Program-made: the position numbers and the translations under genes
Shown here: one piece after another, positions 28,912 through 40,560 of the stretch
How positions within the stretch are numbered: position 1 is the stretch's first letter
Layout: every line of letters begins with the position of its first letter
Assembly: GCA_963728405.1 (NCBI GenBank)
Contig: CAVSJV010000003.1
Coordinates: 224,001 to 288,000, forward strand
Direction of reading: 5' to 3'
Length of the DNA stretch: 64,000 nt
Source: Methanomassiliicoccaceae archaeon
Lineage (GTDB): Archaea > Thermoplasmatota > Thermoplasmata > Methanomassiliicoccales > Methanomassiliicoccaceae
Notes under the pieces: model-generated
What the model saw: only the letters and a program-made list of their open reading frames with translations
Database searches by the model: none
What the model was told of the DNA's origin: nothing

Positions 28912-29814
28912 ATGGCCGAAGACATAATGGACCTGGAGCAACTGGACCTGAAGAAGCGGGACTATGGCCAGACCATCCTCATCGTTGGGGTGGCGGTTGG
29001 AGCCCTATTGTTCGCCATAGGGTTCTTGGACGGGATAGGGGGCCTAGGAATGCCCTTTGAATGGATCGACTACCTGATACTCGGCCTAATGGCCATCACC
29101 GGGCCGTACGGCTTTTATCAATCCAACCGAAGGAAGAAGATCCGGGAGATCGAGGTCCGGCTGCCGGAATTCCTGAGGGATGTGGCCGAAGCCGGCCGTT
29201 TCGGCATGACCCTTGCCTCGGCCATCAAGGTCGCCTCCCGCGGCAAGTACGGGCGCCTCACCCCGGAGATACGCAGGATGGCCGCCCAGATCGACTGGGG
29301 CGTGCCTGCGTCGGAGGCCATGAGACTGTTCGCCGAAAGGGTGGACACTCCCCTAGTCAAGCGGATGACGTCCATCATTATCAAGGCCAATGACGCCGGC
29401 GGCTCGGTCGCCGATGTGCTGACCATGGTCGCTCACGACGCCCGGGAGACCATGCTCAACCAGACCGAGCGCAAGATCTCCATGTCGACCTACATGATGG
29501 TCATCTACATCGCCTTCGCAGTGTTCATCGCCACCATCTTCATTCTCAACACCACCTTCCTCCCGAAGATGATGGAGGCGGGTCAATCGGTGGCCGCGGG
29601 CGCCGAGAAGGCGGGCATAGATGTTAACAGCCTATCCACCATCCAGACGAGCGTAATACCAACGATTCAGCTGCTGTTCATCATCTCAGTCATGATCCAC
29701 GCGCTGGGCGACGGCATCCTGGCCGGAGTACTGGCGGACGGCCAGATATCTACAGGCATGAAGCATAGCTTCATCATGCTCCTGATCGGGCTGGTGGGCA
29801 CGAGGTTGATCTGA
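28912..29814 (+). CDS. Second type II secretion F-domain (TadB/C-like) membrane protein
   Basis: LPEFLRDVAEAGRFGMTL..YGRLTPEI..WG..GGSVADVL. Confidence 0.85.
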   Translation: MAEDIMDLEQLDLKKRDYGQTILIVGVAVGALLFAIGFLDGIGGLGMPFEWIDYLILGLMAITGPYGFYQSNRRKKIREIEVRLPEFLRDVAEAGRFGMTLASAIKVASRGKYGRLTPEIRRMAAQIDWGVPASEAMRLFAERVDTPLVKRMTSIIIKANDAGGSVADVLTMVAHDARETMLNQTERKISMSTYMMVIYIAFAVFIATIFILNTTFLPKMMEAGQSVAAGAEKAGIDVNSLSTIQTSVIPTIQLLFIISVMIHALGDGILAGVLADGQISTGMKHSFIMLLIGLVGTRLI

Positions 29815-29815
29815 C

Positions 29816-31498
29816 ATGGACGAGGCAGTGAGGCAGGATGAGATAGAGCCCCTGTTCGAGGAGGAGCCCCGGGCCCGGAAGGAGAAGCTGACCCTGACGT
29901 CCAGATATCTCTCGTTCCTGGTGAAGGTCCGCAACAAGCCCATGCGGGTCCGATTACCCAGCGGGACCGCCGTGGAATCGACAATCATCACTGAAATTCC
30001 CCGAATCTCGGACCCCACCATCGAAGAGGTCGAGATCACCCCCATCGAGGAGCCGTACTCCTTCGTGCGCATCAACTACGATAGCACCGCCGGGGAGTAC
30101 CTTTACGAGGTCATCGAGCCCCGGCTGACCGAGGACGAGCAGAACATCCTTGACGTGCTGAAGGGCGCGCTCATTGTCTCCCTGAACCTGTCCGATACCC
30201 ATGATATGGAGGAGAAGCGGGCCGTGCTGAGCAAGGCCACCGACCGCCTGCTGACCAAGCTTGGGGTCACCTTGCACCCCGTGTCCCGCGAAAGGGTGAT
30301 CTACTATCTGCGCAGGGACTTCACTGGCTATGGGGTCATCAACATCATGATGGTCGACCCCAGCATCGAGGACTGCTCCTGCGACGGCGTGGACATCCCA
30401 TTGTACATCTACCACCGCAAGTACGGCAGCATCAAGAGCAACATCCGGTTCGATAGGGAGGACGAGCTGGACGCCTACGTCGTCTGGCTGGCCCAGAAGT
30501 GCGGAAAGCATATCTCGGTGGCGAACCCGCTGCTGGATGCCACCATCCCCGACGGCTCCAGGCTTAACGCCACGCTGGGGAAGTATGTCACCAAGAGGGG
30601 TTCGACCTTCACTATCCGGCGTTTCAAGGACAACCCATTCACACCGGTGGACCTGCTGAAGTTCAAGACCATGTCCACCGAGATGATGTCGTACCTATGG
30701 ATATCGGTAGAGTTCGGCTCATCCATGCTGGTCTGCGGTGGCACCGCCTCTGGTAAGACCACCACGCTCAACGCCATCCTGCTATTCATCCCGCCCCAGA
30801 TGAAGATCGTTAGCATCGAGGACACCAGGGAGCTGAACCTTCCGCACGAGAACTGGATCCCCGGCCTTACCAGAGAAGGGTTCGGGGGCAAGACCGGGAC
30901 CAATAACGGTACTATCAACATGTTCGACCTGCTCACAGCCGCGCTGAGGCAAAGACCCCAGTACCTGATGGTAGGTGAGGTCAGGGGCAAGGAAGCATAC
31001 GTCGTGTTCCAAGCTATGGCCACCGGGCACATATCGTACTCGACATTCCACGCTGAGGACGTCCAGGCCATGGTCCATCGTCTGGAGAACGAGCCCATCG
31101 ATCTGCCCCGAGCGTTGCTCACCGCCCTTAACCTGGTAATGCTCCAAGGGCAGGTGAAGGTAGGCACCAAGATGACCAGGCGGGTCAAAGGTCTGACCGA
31201 GATCGTGGGCATGGACCCCGAGACCGGGGAGCTCATAACCAACTCGGTGTTTTCCTGGAACCCCGCCGACGACAGCTTCACCTACTCCGGCCACTCCTAC
31301 ATCTATGAGAAGGTCCGCGCGGTGCGTAACTGGTCCCCCCGGGAGATGGAGCGGGAGGTCAAGAGACGCATCGACATCCTGGAGTACATGAAGAAGATCG
31401 GTGTCAACAACTATCGCCAGGTGGCCAAGATCGTCTCCGCCTACTACAAGGACCCCGAGAGGGTCCTGAAAGAGGTCAGGGAAAAGACGGCCGAGTGA
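29816..31498 (+). CDS. Type IV pilus/T2SS assembly ATPase 2
   Basis: GGTASGKTT, SIEDTREL, LRQRPQYLMVGEVRG, STFHA. Confidence 0.9.
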   Translation: MDEAVRQDEIEPLFEEEPRARKEKLTLTSRYLSFLVKVRNKPMRVRLPSGTAVESTIITEIPRISDPTIEEVEITPIEEPYSFVRINYDSTAGEYLYEVIEPRLTEDEQNILDVLKGALIVSLNLSDTHDMEEKRAVLSKATDRLLTKLGVTLHPVSRERVIYYLRRDFTGYGVINIMMVDPSIEDCSCDGVDIPLYIYHRKYGSIKSNIRFDREDELDAYVVWLAQKCGKHISVANPLLDATIPDGSRLNATLGKYVTKRGSTFTIRRFKDNPFTPVDLLKFKTMSTEMMSYLWISVEFGSSMLVCGGTASGKTTTLNAILLFIPPQMKIVSIEDTRELNLPHENWIPGLTREGFGGKTGTNNGTINMFDLLTAALRQRPQYLMVGEVRGKEAYVVFQAMATGHISYSTFHAEDVQAMVHRLENEPIDLPRALLTALNLVMLQGQVKVGTKMTRRVKGLTEIVGMDPETGELITNSVFSWNPADDSFTYSGHSYIYEKVRAVRNWSPREMEREVKRRIDILEYMKKIGVNNYRQVAKIVSAYYKDPERVLKEVREKTAE

Positions 31499-31559
31499 CC
31501 GGTCCGATCCGTCCCGGCCATAAACCCTTCTTCCTTATTCTCCGCCGGCATCCCAATAG

Positions 31560-32123
31560 GCATCCATCGATCGGTACCGCCATAGCCTCTATCCAGATGG
31601 TCATTCCGATCATGGCCAAGATCATTCAGACCCTCTAGCTCCTGAACGAAGAAGGTCAAGGCGATCGGAGCAACGAATGCCATGAACAGACCCACCGGGA
31701 AGAAGATCATTCCTTTCTTGAACTAGCCAGCAAAGAAATGGCCCATGCCTAGATGGAGAAAATGCCAGGCATGATGGCGAAGATCGGCATTGCCAACGGG
31801 CGGACCGAGGTCCGGGTTATCTTCCCGCAGCCAGCGCAGTAGCGGCCATAGAACGCAATGGGGGCGTGGCAGTCGGGGCACCCTATGATCACTCGCAAGC
31901 AGACCGCACTGGGTGTAGTACTTCGCTCCCTCCACATCATACATGCCGCAGTTGTGGCATTTGACGGTCTTTTTTGTGTACAGGATAGGGGACCGTTGAT
32001 GGCATCCTCATACAATTTGCCCTTGGCGGTTCGGACGACGGCAGCGGACTTCCGCATTTTACACAGGTCGTTCGAGCGGCCCTTCCCTAAGTTCCACACT
32101 GTGGGCAGTTCATTTTTCCCCAT
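31560..32123 (-). pseudogene. Decayed double zinc-ribbon + TM2-like membrane protein
   Basis: CHNCG, CPDCH..YCAGCG, GMGHFFAG*FKKGMIFF across several frames with an in-frame TAG. Confidence 0.45.
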
Positions 32124-32214
32124 CAGACTTTGGCATCTTCGAATACATATCATGATGAGAATGGAGAAAATTAAAAAAGAAAAGAGAAGGGAAATGGTTT
32201 AAGAGGTCTCTGTT

Positions 32215-35200
32215 CTAAGGATTGTTGTCCTCAGGCTTCGACTCCTCGGTGGGCCCATCCTCGGGCTTGGGTACCTGCTTCTTCTCGACCGGGCGCCTGA
32301 CGATGCGCCGGAGCGGCTTGGGCTGCTGGGCATCGGTCTTCTGCTCCTCGGCCAGTGCCGGATCGGCCTTGGGTAGCTCCATGGTCGAGCCGCACTTGTG
32401 GCAGATGGTCGAGCCACGGGGATTCAGGGTGCCGCAGGACGAGCAGGGCATGCCGCCCACCTTGCGCTTCTCCTCTTCCTGGGACAGCCAGTTCTCGAAG
32501 CTCACGTAGGAGGATTGCTTCTTCCACCAGTCGGGGAACTTTCCATCGGAGTACTTCTTGCCCAGGACCTTGCGGGCCTCCTCACGGAAGGTGTCGACAT
32601 AGGCGTCATACTGCTCCCTCATCTTCTTGAGGTAAGCATCCTCCTCTTCTTCGATGGCGTCGGTGATGAACTTGGCGTTACATTCAGGACAGCTGGTGGA
32701 GTTGGAGGGTATCCAAGCTCCGCACTCGCTGCACTTGGCGGTCCCAACCTCGAACTCCACGCCGCACTTCGGGCAGCGCTTGGACGAATCGGGGATGAGG
32801 GAACCGCACTCGCCGCACTCCACCATCTTACCGAGCCCGTATTTGTATAGCCAGGCGGAGAAGAATATGATCGCCGCGGCGATGCCCGCCAGGATGATCA
32901 GATAGAGGTACCAGGGGACCCCGCCTTCGGCGACCGCCTTGACGGTCACGTTCTTCATCCCGCTGGTGGTCTTGTCCCCGATGGTCACCGAAGCGTGGAC
33001 CTGATAGTCCCCGTCCAGTCCCTCCGGGATGTACAACGAGACGGCGAAGTTGCCGTTAGCGTCGGTGACCCCCGGGAAGGCCACGCCCTTCTGAACGCCT
33101 CCCTGGGCCAGGTAGATCGTTATCTTCGCACCGGCGATCGGATCCGAGGTGTTCTGATTGGCCACCCGTCCGGTCACGAAGATATTGGTGCCCGGATCAT
33201 AGGTCCTGGTGTCCAGCTGGTCGATGATCACCTTGGCATTGGGGGCGTCGATGATGAACGCGACCGATACTTGGTCGTTGGTGATGTTGCTCTCATCGAT
33301 CAGGTGGTCGGGGTTGGCATTTATGACGATGGTGTAGTTGCCCATGGTCACGTTGATCAGCCAGGTCATGTTCACAACGACCGACTGGCCGATCCCTACG
33401 TCCTTCTTGATCGAACCCAGGATAACCTGGTGGTCGTCCTCACCCTTCGCATAGAACACGAATTCGGTGGCCATGGCCGGGCTGTTGCCGGAGTTGCCGG
33501 CGATAGTGGATATGATCACCGTCTCACCCTGGCCGGAATGATTGACCGCGCTTCCGGCATTGGTCATGTTAATGCCCTCGGGGAAGAACACGTCCGGCCG
33601 GAGCTCGTTCACGGTGATGCTCTGAGCCAGTATGTTGTTGTCATAGTTGACCTCAGGGATTAGGGACTGGGGATTGACCCAGACCGTTATCATCACTGGC
33701 TGAGTCTTGAGCCCTTGGGTGATGTTGGCGTTCCAGCTTCCCTTGATCATTTTGCTCTGGCCGGCTCCGATCGAGCTTATGGTCTGCTCATCGATCAGCG
33801 TGCCGGTGACGGTGTCGCCGACATAGAACCTTACGATTACATTGGAAGAACCGACCTCACCGATGTTCTTGATGGTCGCCTCGATGCTCTCGTTGGTATT
33901 GACCGATACCGGACTGGCCGGGTTGAATATTATTTGCTCCGGTGTAAGGTCCGCAAAGTTGAGCACTTTCTGCTCAAACGACAGGTTGTTATTGGTCTCG
34001 GTGATCTCGCTTATGGCGTTAAGACCGTCTACCAGTATGCTTATGGTGTAGGTGCCAGCGACCGATGGGGACCAGGCGATATGGGCCTCCCCAGAACCGT
34101 TGGGATCTATCCGACCTATGGTCTGATTAATGTCCAGGAGAATCGGTGATCCACCGGGGGCGGTGGCATAGAAGCTCACCAGGACGTTATTGGCGGCGAT
34201 ATCCCCTGAGTTATGCACCACAGCGGTAATCGTCGTGGTCTGCCCCCTCACCGGCGAGGTCGGGCTTAGAGTGATATCGCTCCTCTGAACGGAGAGGTCC
34301 GCGATGCCCCTTACATCGACCAGGACATAGTTCCCATTGTTACTGTTGTTCAGCTCATTAATGCGGCCGTAGGGGTCGATGGCCACGGTCAGATTGTGAA
34401 CGGCCAGCGGATAGCTTGCGGTCCAATTGACGTTTAGATATACTGTCTCCTGGGGCTGGATCACCGGTATGATGTACAGATAGGACCTCACGCCCGGAGA
34501 CCAGTCAAGTCCCGTATCGTTGAACATGACCAGCACGTCATAGGCTGGCACCACTCCGATGTTGGTCACCTGGGTAGAAACTACCACTATCTGGTCCCTG
34601 GCAGGATTGTCATCCGACACCGTCAGGGGCGGGTCCAGGTCAGGTCGTGCGCCGGGCACCTGTGTATAGATTTCGCTGACCATGGCATACGGGGCCGACG
34701 TAAAGTTCCTGAGGGACACCAGGGGCCAGGGCTCGGTCCCTTCGTACGCTGTCCCATTGTAGGTGAAGGTTGTCCTGAGCTCATACGAGCCCAGGCTCTT
34801 GATCGTCTGGTCTTCACCCGTGTAGATGTCACATATGGCCCGCAACATCACTTTGCCCGTGGCATCGGTGTATCCATGGTAGGATATCGCCTCGGTGATG
34901 TGGTTGACCTCCACGTACGCGTTCTGGAGGGACCTATTGTTGCCATCTAAGATATTGGCCACGATCCACCGGTAGTGATTGATCACAGCATGCCCGTAGG
35001 CCCTCATGGAGGGCATGGTCACATTGGTCATATCCGCTTCAGTATATCCTCCGAGGGACCAGGACCTTACGAAGGTGGTGTTCGCTGCGTCAATGATAGC
35101 GTGAGACGTGTCTGGCGTCACTATCTCGGCCACGATGGTCGACGATTCGATTTCGATAACGCTGTGATCATCGGCCTGTATCTTTACGTTAGAGAGTATG

Positions 35201-38200
35201 CTGGAAGAGTCCACTATCAGCTTACTGTTGCCAAGAAGGTACAGCCTCATCTCATAATTGGAGTTCAATTGGGCTCCGTTCTTCAGGATGAGAACACCGT
35301 TGTCCCTCACTGTCACCTGCAGGAAGTACGGGTTGGAGGACTGCGAGATGGTCATCTTGGTGCCATCGAGGGTCAGGTTCCCGTAGTTCTCTATGGTAAG
35401 GTTGGTCCATACCTCGAAGGGCAGTGTGGTGGTCGGAAGGGTCCGGTTGGCATGAGCGGGGGTTCCGTCGAACAGCCAGTCAGAAGAGTCGGGGATCAAA
35501 GTAACGGTGATGGAGGTCGAAGCGATGTTGTTCACATTGGAGTATTCTGTGACCTTTCCATCAGCATTTAAGTACACATATACTGGGTAGGTCCCAACAA
35601 TATTGGGCTTCCATACCACTATTGCATCTGCCGCCGCTCCCTGGCCGACCGTCACAGTGGTCGTGTTGACCAACTGGCCACTGAACCTGTCGCCAGCCAC
35701 ATAGACCTGGACGAGGACGTTGTTAGCGGCCGCCCGGCCATCGTTGTGGACGGTTATGATCGCGGTCACGGGTGCGCTGGTGGATGGTGACGGACCGACG
35801 AACACGATGTCGGACGAGGTTATCGAAAGGTCCGGAAGGTTAGGCAGCACTGTGACCAGCTGGGACTTCTTATTGTTGTCCTTTCCACCGACGATCTCAG
35901 GTATGGTGTTGTTCGGGTCGATGACCACGGCCACGTTGTGCACGCCTTCTGGCATGTTGAGCCATGTGGTCTGGGCGATCGCAGTGCCACCCGATAGGAC
36001 CGCACTGATATGGGTCGTGTAGTTGAAATTCTGCTCGGTCTGGTTTAGCAGGCCGGTGATGATCACTTCAAGGTTCGAAACGGCCGTTTCGCCCCGGTTA
36101 CCGATCTCCACCTGGATATTCAGGTCCATACCAGCGTAGATAGGGGTCGGGGTGACCGTGATCGGCCCGATATATAGATCAGGAAGGTCGAGGACGAGAC
36201 CGTTCAGAAGAATGGTCGCCGCCGACCTCATGTGAGCCGGGTCGAGGTTTGGATACGGATTCATGAACGATGTGTTGCCTTGACCATAGTAGGTCACCTC
36301 ACCCTTAACGTAACTTAGTTCCACGTTATATGTGGAGGTTGGCCGGGAGTTCGGATTGGTGCTGGTCTGGTAGATCGTGTCGGCCAGCAGAGGTACCGCT
36401 GCCTTCCCGCTCGCGTTGGTCTTAAAGAAATCGGCCGCGCTGATCCCCACCGGGAACCCAAGATATCTGAGCACATCGGCAGGCGGTACTTCCTGAACCT
36501 GTCCGGACACATAGTATGCCGGGGCGGGGTTCGTGAAGCTGATCGCAGCACCATTTACAGGGAGGGCTTGGGTGTCGATGGCGGTGATGTCAGCCCACCG
36601 GTAGATATGGACGGTCGGCCTAAGAGTGACGTCCATCCAGAGCTTGTCTATCGTTAGGCTATTTACACTATCTTTATTTGAGAATAGAATGTTCAAATTC
36701 CCAATGGATTCTATAGATGTTATTTGTCTTGTATCAATAGTTGTTGTGTCTATTACAAAGGATACAGAACCTTGTGGAGCTCATGGTAGTATTTGTGTAG
36801 GTCAATCCGTCCAAAGACCACGAGAGATAACTAGAAGCGAATGATGATGCGGTCGAATATCGGATTGATAACACAATCTTTGAGATTGACCCAGATAAAC
36901 CACTCACATTCATTTCGTTTATGTGTAGGTTCCTTTCGGGCCCAACAATGTCTGTTAATAAATCCCCTACTACCTGTAAACCAGCTATGTTTTGACTCGA
37001 ATTATCTGGGTATACTAAGTCAGAGGTGTCGAGTGAGAACGGAGTGACCTCGATTGTCTTCTCGATGGTCACGAAGGCCGGCTGCCTGTCCGCCTCGAGA
37101 TCAGGGTTCTGGTCAGTATCAACCGAGACCCCGTACATCTCGGCCTTGGAGTTGTCGGTCAGGACCAGCTGGTTGTGGTTGCTGGTCTCGTTCGAGAAGT
37201 CAACACCTAGATACGAGTTGATGACGGTGAGTGACGAGCTGCCTGCGAGAGTGATGTTCTTGTATGTCGGCACCTCGTAGTTCAGAGTGGTCCAGACCTT
37301 ATTGATCGAGACGCTGTAGGTCGGGACATGTTCTCGTAACCGATCTTGAGACCATACAGGTCCTGGGCCGACATGACCGGCAGATCGACGATGGCCACTT
37401 CCTCTTTCGAGGTCCCCGACGAAGCGTCGTAGGTGTTATGCAGCCGTGTAGTAGACTGCACCACGGTCCCGTTGCGGTACTGGTAGAGAACATAGCCGCC
37501 GTTGGTCGGGAAGTTCTGGTCGGTCTTGTATTTTATACTGAGGACCGGGGCAATGCCTTCGGATACGTTGAAAACAAGGCCAGCGGTGTCGAAACCGTCC
37601 AGCCAGAGGTTGAGGCCGCCTCCGACATTGTAGAACGTGCTGTCATCGGTGGTGAGGTTGGTGAAGGTCTCGCCCACTACGGTGTTGTTGTCCGCAGGGC
37701 CAGAGGGCATCCTGTTGAGGGAGTAACGGACGTTCTCCTTTGAACCGGTGGCATTGTTGACATCTGTGGCAAAGGAGTAGGTGTGACTGTAGATGGAGTT
37801 GTAATCCGTCTCAGGGTTCCAGTCACCTGGCTCGTAGATATCCTGAATCCTGGAGTTGTCATAAAGGCCTACATTGGCGGAAACGAACAACAGGGTGGGA
37901 GAGGTCGCAAATACATTCGATGGGAACACGATGTCATTACAGTATTATCGATGATCTCAGGGTCGAAGCCCTTGATCGCCGATCTCCAGAGCACCAGATT
38001 GGAGTTGTCGACCACCATGTGACCGGAGAACGTCATATTAGAATCGTAAGCTTCGATCGTTCCATTGTTCCTAACCATCACTCCAAGGCTCGGGAAAGCC
38101 CTGATGTTATCCATCTGGGTGCTGAGAGTGGCGTTCTTGAGGATGAGCTTTCCACCATCCTCGATGATGAGGGTGAATTGCTCATTTGGATACGCGGATT

Positions 38201-38444
38201 GCGAAAATATCAGGGAACCATGGTCGACGGTCACTACACCGCCCTGGCCAATGACCAGGTTCGCTGTCATGATGACGTTGGTCATGTTCTTTGCTTCATT
38301 GACAGTCATGTCATCGTCATAGAGGACGCCTGCCTCGCTTCGGGCTATGTCCCCCCCTAGGAACAGGATCCCAGTGAACGATGTAAGCAATAAGCTTACC
38401 ACTATCAGTATGCTTGCCGCTCTTCGAAGGAAAATACTTACCAT
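32215..38444 (-). CDS. Giant (~2000 aa) surface protein: signal peptide, beta-helix-like regions, multiple CARDB repeats, TM, cytoplasmic zinc ribbons; three frameshifts
   Basis: ORFs 37869..38444, 37282..37929, 36734..37273 and 32215..36696 are collinear; repeated (P/A)DL..N.G..DP..I.E..NN motifs; WYLYLII TM then CxxC pairs. Confidence 0.8.
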
Positions 38445-38587
38445 AATGAACCCACCGAATACCTACAGCCCCATCTGGGGATGCCGTGGCAATACCGGTT
38501 TTAGTTTATTTATATTTGAGCCTACAATTAACTTATTTCTAAACAAACCTAGGCATAAAAGAATGTGTCTGGGAAAGGGTTTGCCGC

Positions 38588-39641
38588 TCACTTACGGCGG
38601 ATGATCTTGCGGATCGAGACGGCCTTCTTGGGCTCGTCCTCCTGCTTGGCGGCCTCTTTCAATACACAACCGCAGTGAGGGCACTTCTCATCATTTACGG
38701 ATAGAGTTTTCAGGCATTGTGGGCAGGTGGGTTCGGCCAGCTTGTCCTCGGCCTTGAACACCGGGGTCTCCGGCTCCTCTTCCACTGCCGTGGCGGCCTC
38801 GGGCGCCTTGTATACTGGCGTGGGCTCCTCCTCCGGTTCGGGGGAGGGGGCTTGTTCAGGTTCCGATACCGTCTCCACGACCGCAGACACGACTTCAGGC
38901 AATGGCTCAGGCCCCACTTCGGGAACGACCTCGACCTGGACCGGTTCGGAAACGATCTCCGCCTCTTCAACTACCTCATCTATCGGTTCGAGCGGTTGAT
39001 CTACGGTCCGGCGGGCGATGCTTTCTTCCCGCTCGTTCAGGGTCTTCTCCCAGCTCACGAAGCGCTTCTGCTCCTCCAGCACGATCTTGCGGCCCTCGGC
39101 CAGCAGTGCCTCCTGATCGGCAAGCACCTTGCCTTTGGCCAGTAGCCCCTCTCTCAGGGTCGACAGCTCGTCGAGCATCTGGCGCATACTTTCCTGATCC
39201 TGGATGAGCGCCTCCTCCATCTCTCGGACATGCTCGCCCATGGTGCGGATGTCCGTCTCGTACTCGGCGCTGCGGTCTGCCAGCGAAGTAATGCTCTCTT
39301 CCCGCCGGGTCGATCTCGACCTGGCGTCGCTCCAGCTCTACCCTCGAGCGCTGGACCTCTTCCTCCCGCTGGCGGATCTCCTTCCCTTGGGACCGGATCC
39401 GCTCCTCCTTCTCCTGAACGCTCTTCTCCCGGGGCTCCAGTTCGACCAGGCGGGCGTCCAGCGTCTTCTCCCTGGCCTCCAGCTTGCTGGTCCGTTCGTC
39501 GAGGTTGTGTCTCTCTTTGTCGAGGTCGGTCTCCTGGACCTCCATCTTGTCCCTGCGCTTCTTGAGCTCAAGCTCCTGGGTCTTGACCTTCTCCTTGAAC
39601 TCCTCGAGGACCTCCCATATGGGGGTCTCATCAGTGGCCAT
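38588..39641 (-). CDS. Coiled-coil protein with acidic linker and C-terminal zinc ribbon; frameshift at ~39310
   Basis: Heptad-rich N-terminus, E/P/V-rich linker, CPQC..CPHCG, basic tail IRKIIRRK; AGGAGGTG SD. Confidence 0.75.
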
Positions 39642-39690
39642 TCGTACACCTCCTGTAAATCCCTATGAATGATAGCAAAGTGATCCCTAC

Positions 39691-40392
39691 CTAGCCCAAG
39701 GTCGGTCCGAGGATGGTTAGGCCTTTCTCCCCTACCTCCACGGTGTGTTTCTCCATGCTGTGCTTGCAGGCCCTCATCTTCTCTACCCGGATGAAACGGG
39801 CCAGCTTCCCCCTCGCCCGGTCCAGTCCGAGCTCGATGATGCCGTCCACGAGGAAACCTTCGTTCCCCAGCAGATCGGACGGCCCGCCCCGGGAGCGCTC
39901 CATGACGATGAAGCAGACCAGGTTCTGGTCGCGGAGGGTCTTGAAGAAGTAGAACATGTTCTTGCGCATGTTCTCGCTGCTGTCCATGAGCGAGTACAAC
40001 GCTCCGAGCGAGTCCAGGGTGAACACGGTGAACCGCTCGCCGTGCTTCTTCTTGTGGTACTCGATGGTCTGCTCGATGAACTGGATGTAGTCGGTCGGCT
40101 TCTCCTCGTCGATGACCTCGTCCAGCTCTCGAAGGTCGGTGATGTCCGATATCTCCAAGTTGGGGCTTGGCTCGATCCCCAGGCCGCGCATGTTGTTGAT
40201 ATGGCTCGCCGCGGTCTCCTCCAACGTGACGTAGAGGCCAACCTCATCGGCCTTCTCCAGATAGTTGGACATGACTGAGTAACAGAAGCTCGTCTTCATC
40301 GAGCCGGGAGGCCCAGTGACTAGTATGACCTTGGGTGCTTCGATGTCGGAACGGAATATCCTTTCGAGCCCCGGGATTGAGTCCCTTAGCGT
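39691..40392 (-). CDS. KaiC/RAD55-like ATPase (single domain); apparent ACG start
   Basis: LRDSIPGLE..ILVTGPPGSMKTSF, LYVTLEE, FTLDSL, VDGIIEL..VEKMRA. Confidence 0.85.
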   Translation of the reverse strand, partial: TLRDSIPGLERIFRSDIEAPKVILVTGPPGSMKTSFCYSVMSNYLEKADEVGLYVTLEETAASHINNMRGLGIEPSPNLEISDITDLRELDEVIDEEKPTDYIQFIEQTIEYHKKKHGERFTVFTLDSLGALYSLMDSSENMRKNMFYFFKTLRDQNLVCFIVMERSRGGPSDLLGNEGFLVDGIIELGLDRARGKLARFIRVEKMRACKHSMEKHTVEVGEKGLTILGPTLG

Positions 40393-40425
40393 TGTTTTAC
40401 CCCCGGCTTTAATCCCCTGGGCAAT

Positions 40426-40560
40426 TAAAAAGGTATCTGCGGTGAACTACTCCATCTGATAAAATGGGGTTTCTTGCTTCAACCACTCGACTTGCATCAT
40501 TCTCAATGATGTAGCGGTCCAATGTCCACAAGCGAGTTCGGGCAGTTCCTGCCCTACCTT
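40426..40560 (-). ncRNA. Predicted omega/reRNA scaffold overlapping the tnpB 3' end plus flank-derived guide
   Basis: Hairpins GGGCAG-GAA-CTGCCC, CATCATT-GAG-AATGATG and CCATTT-TATC-AGATGG before TAGTTCAC; position expected for IS605 reRNA. Confidence 0.6.

Noticed and set aside
36655-37025. Diversity-generating retroelement variable or template repeat
   Set aside because: No reverse transcriptase and no near-identical nucleotide repeat differing at adenines in the window.
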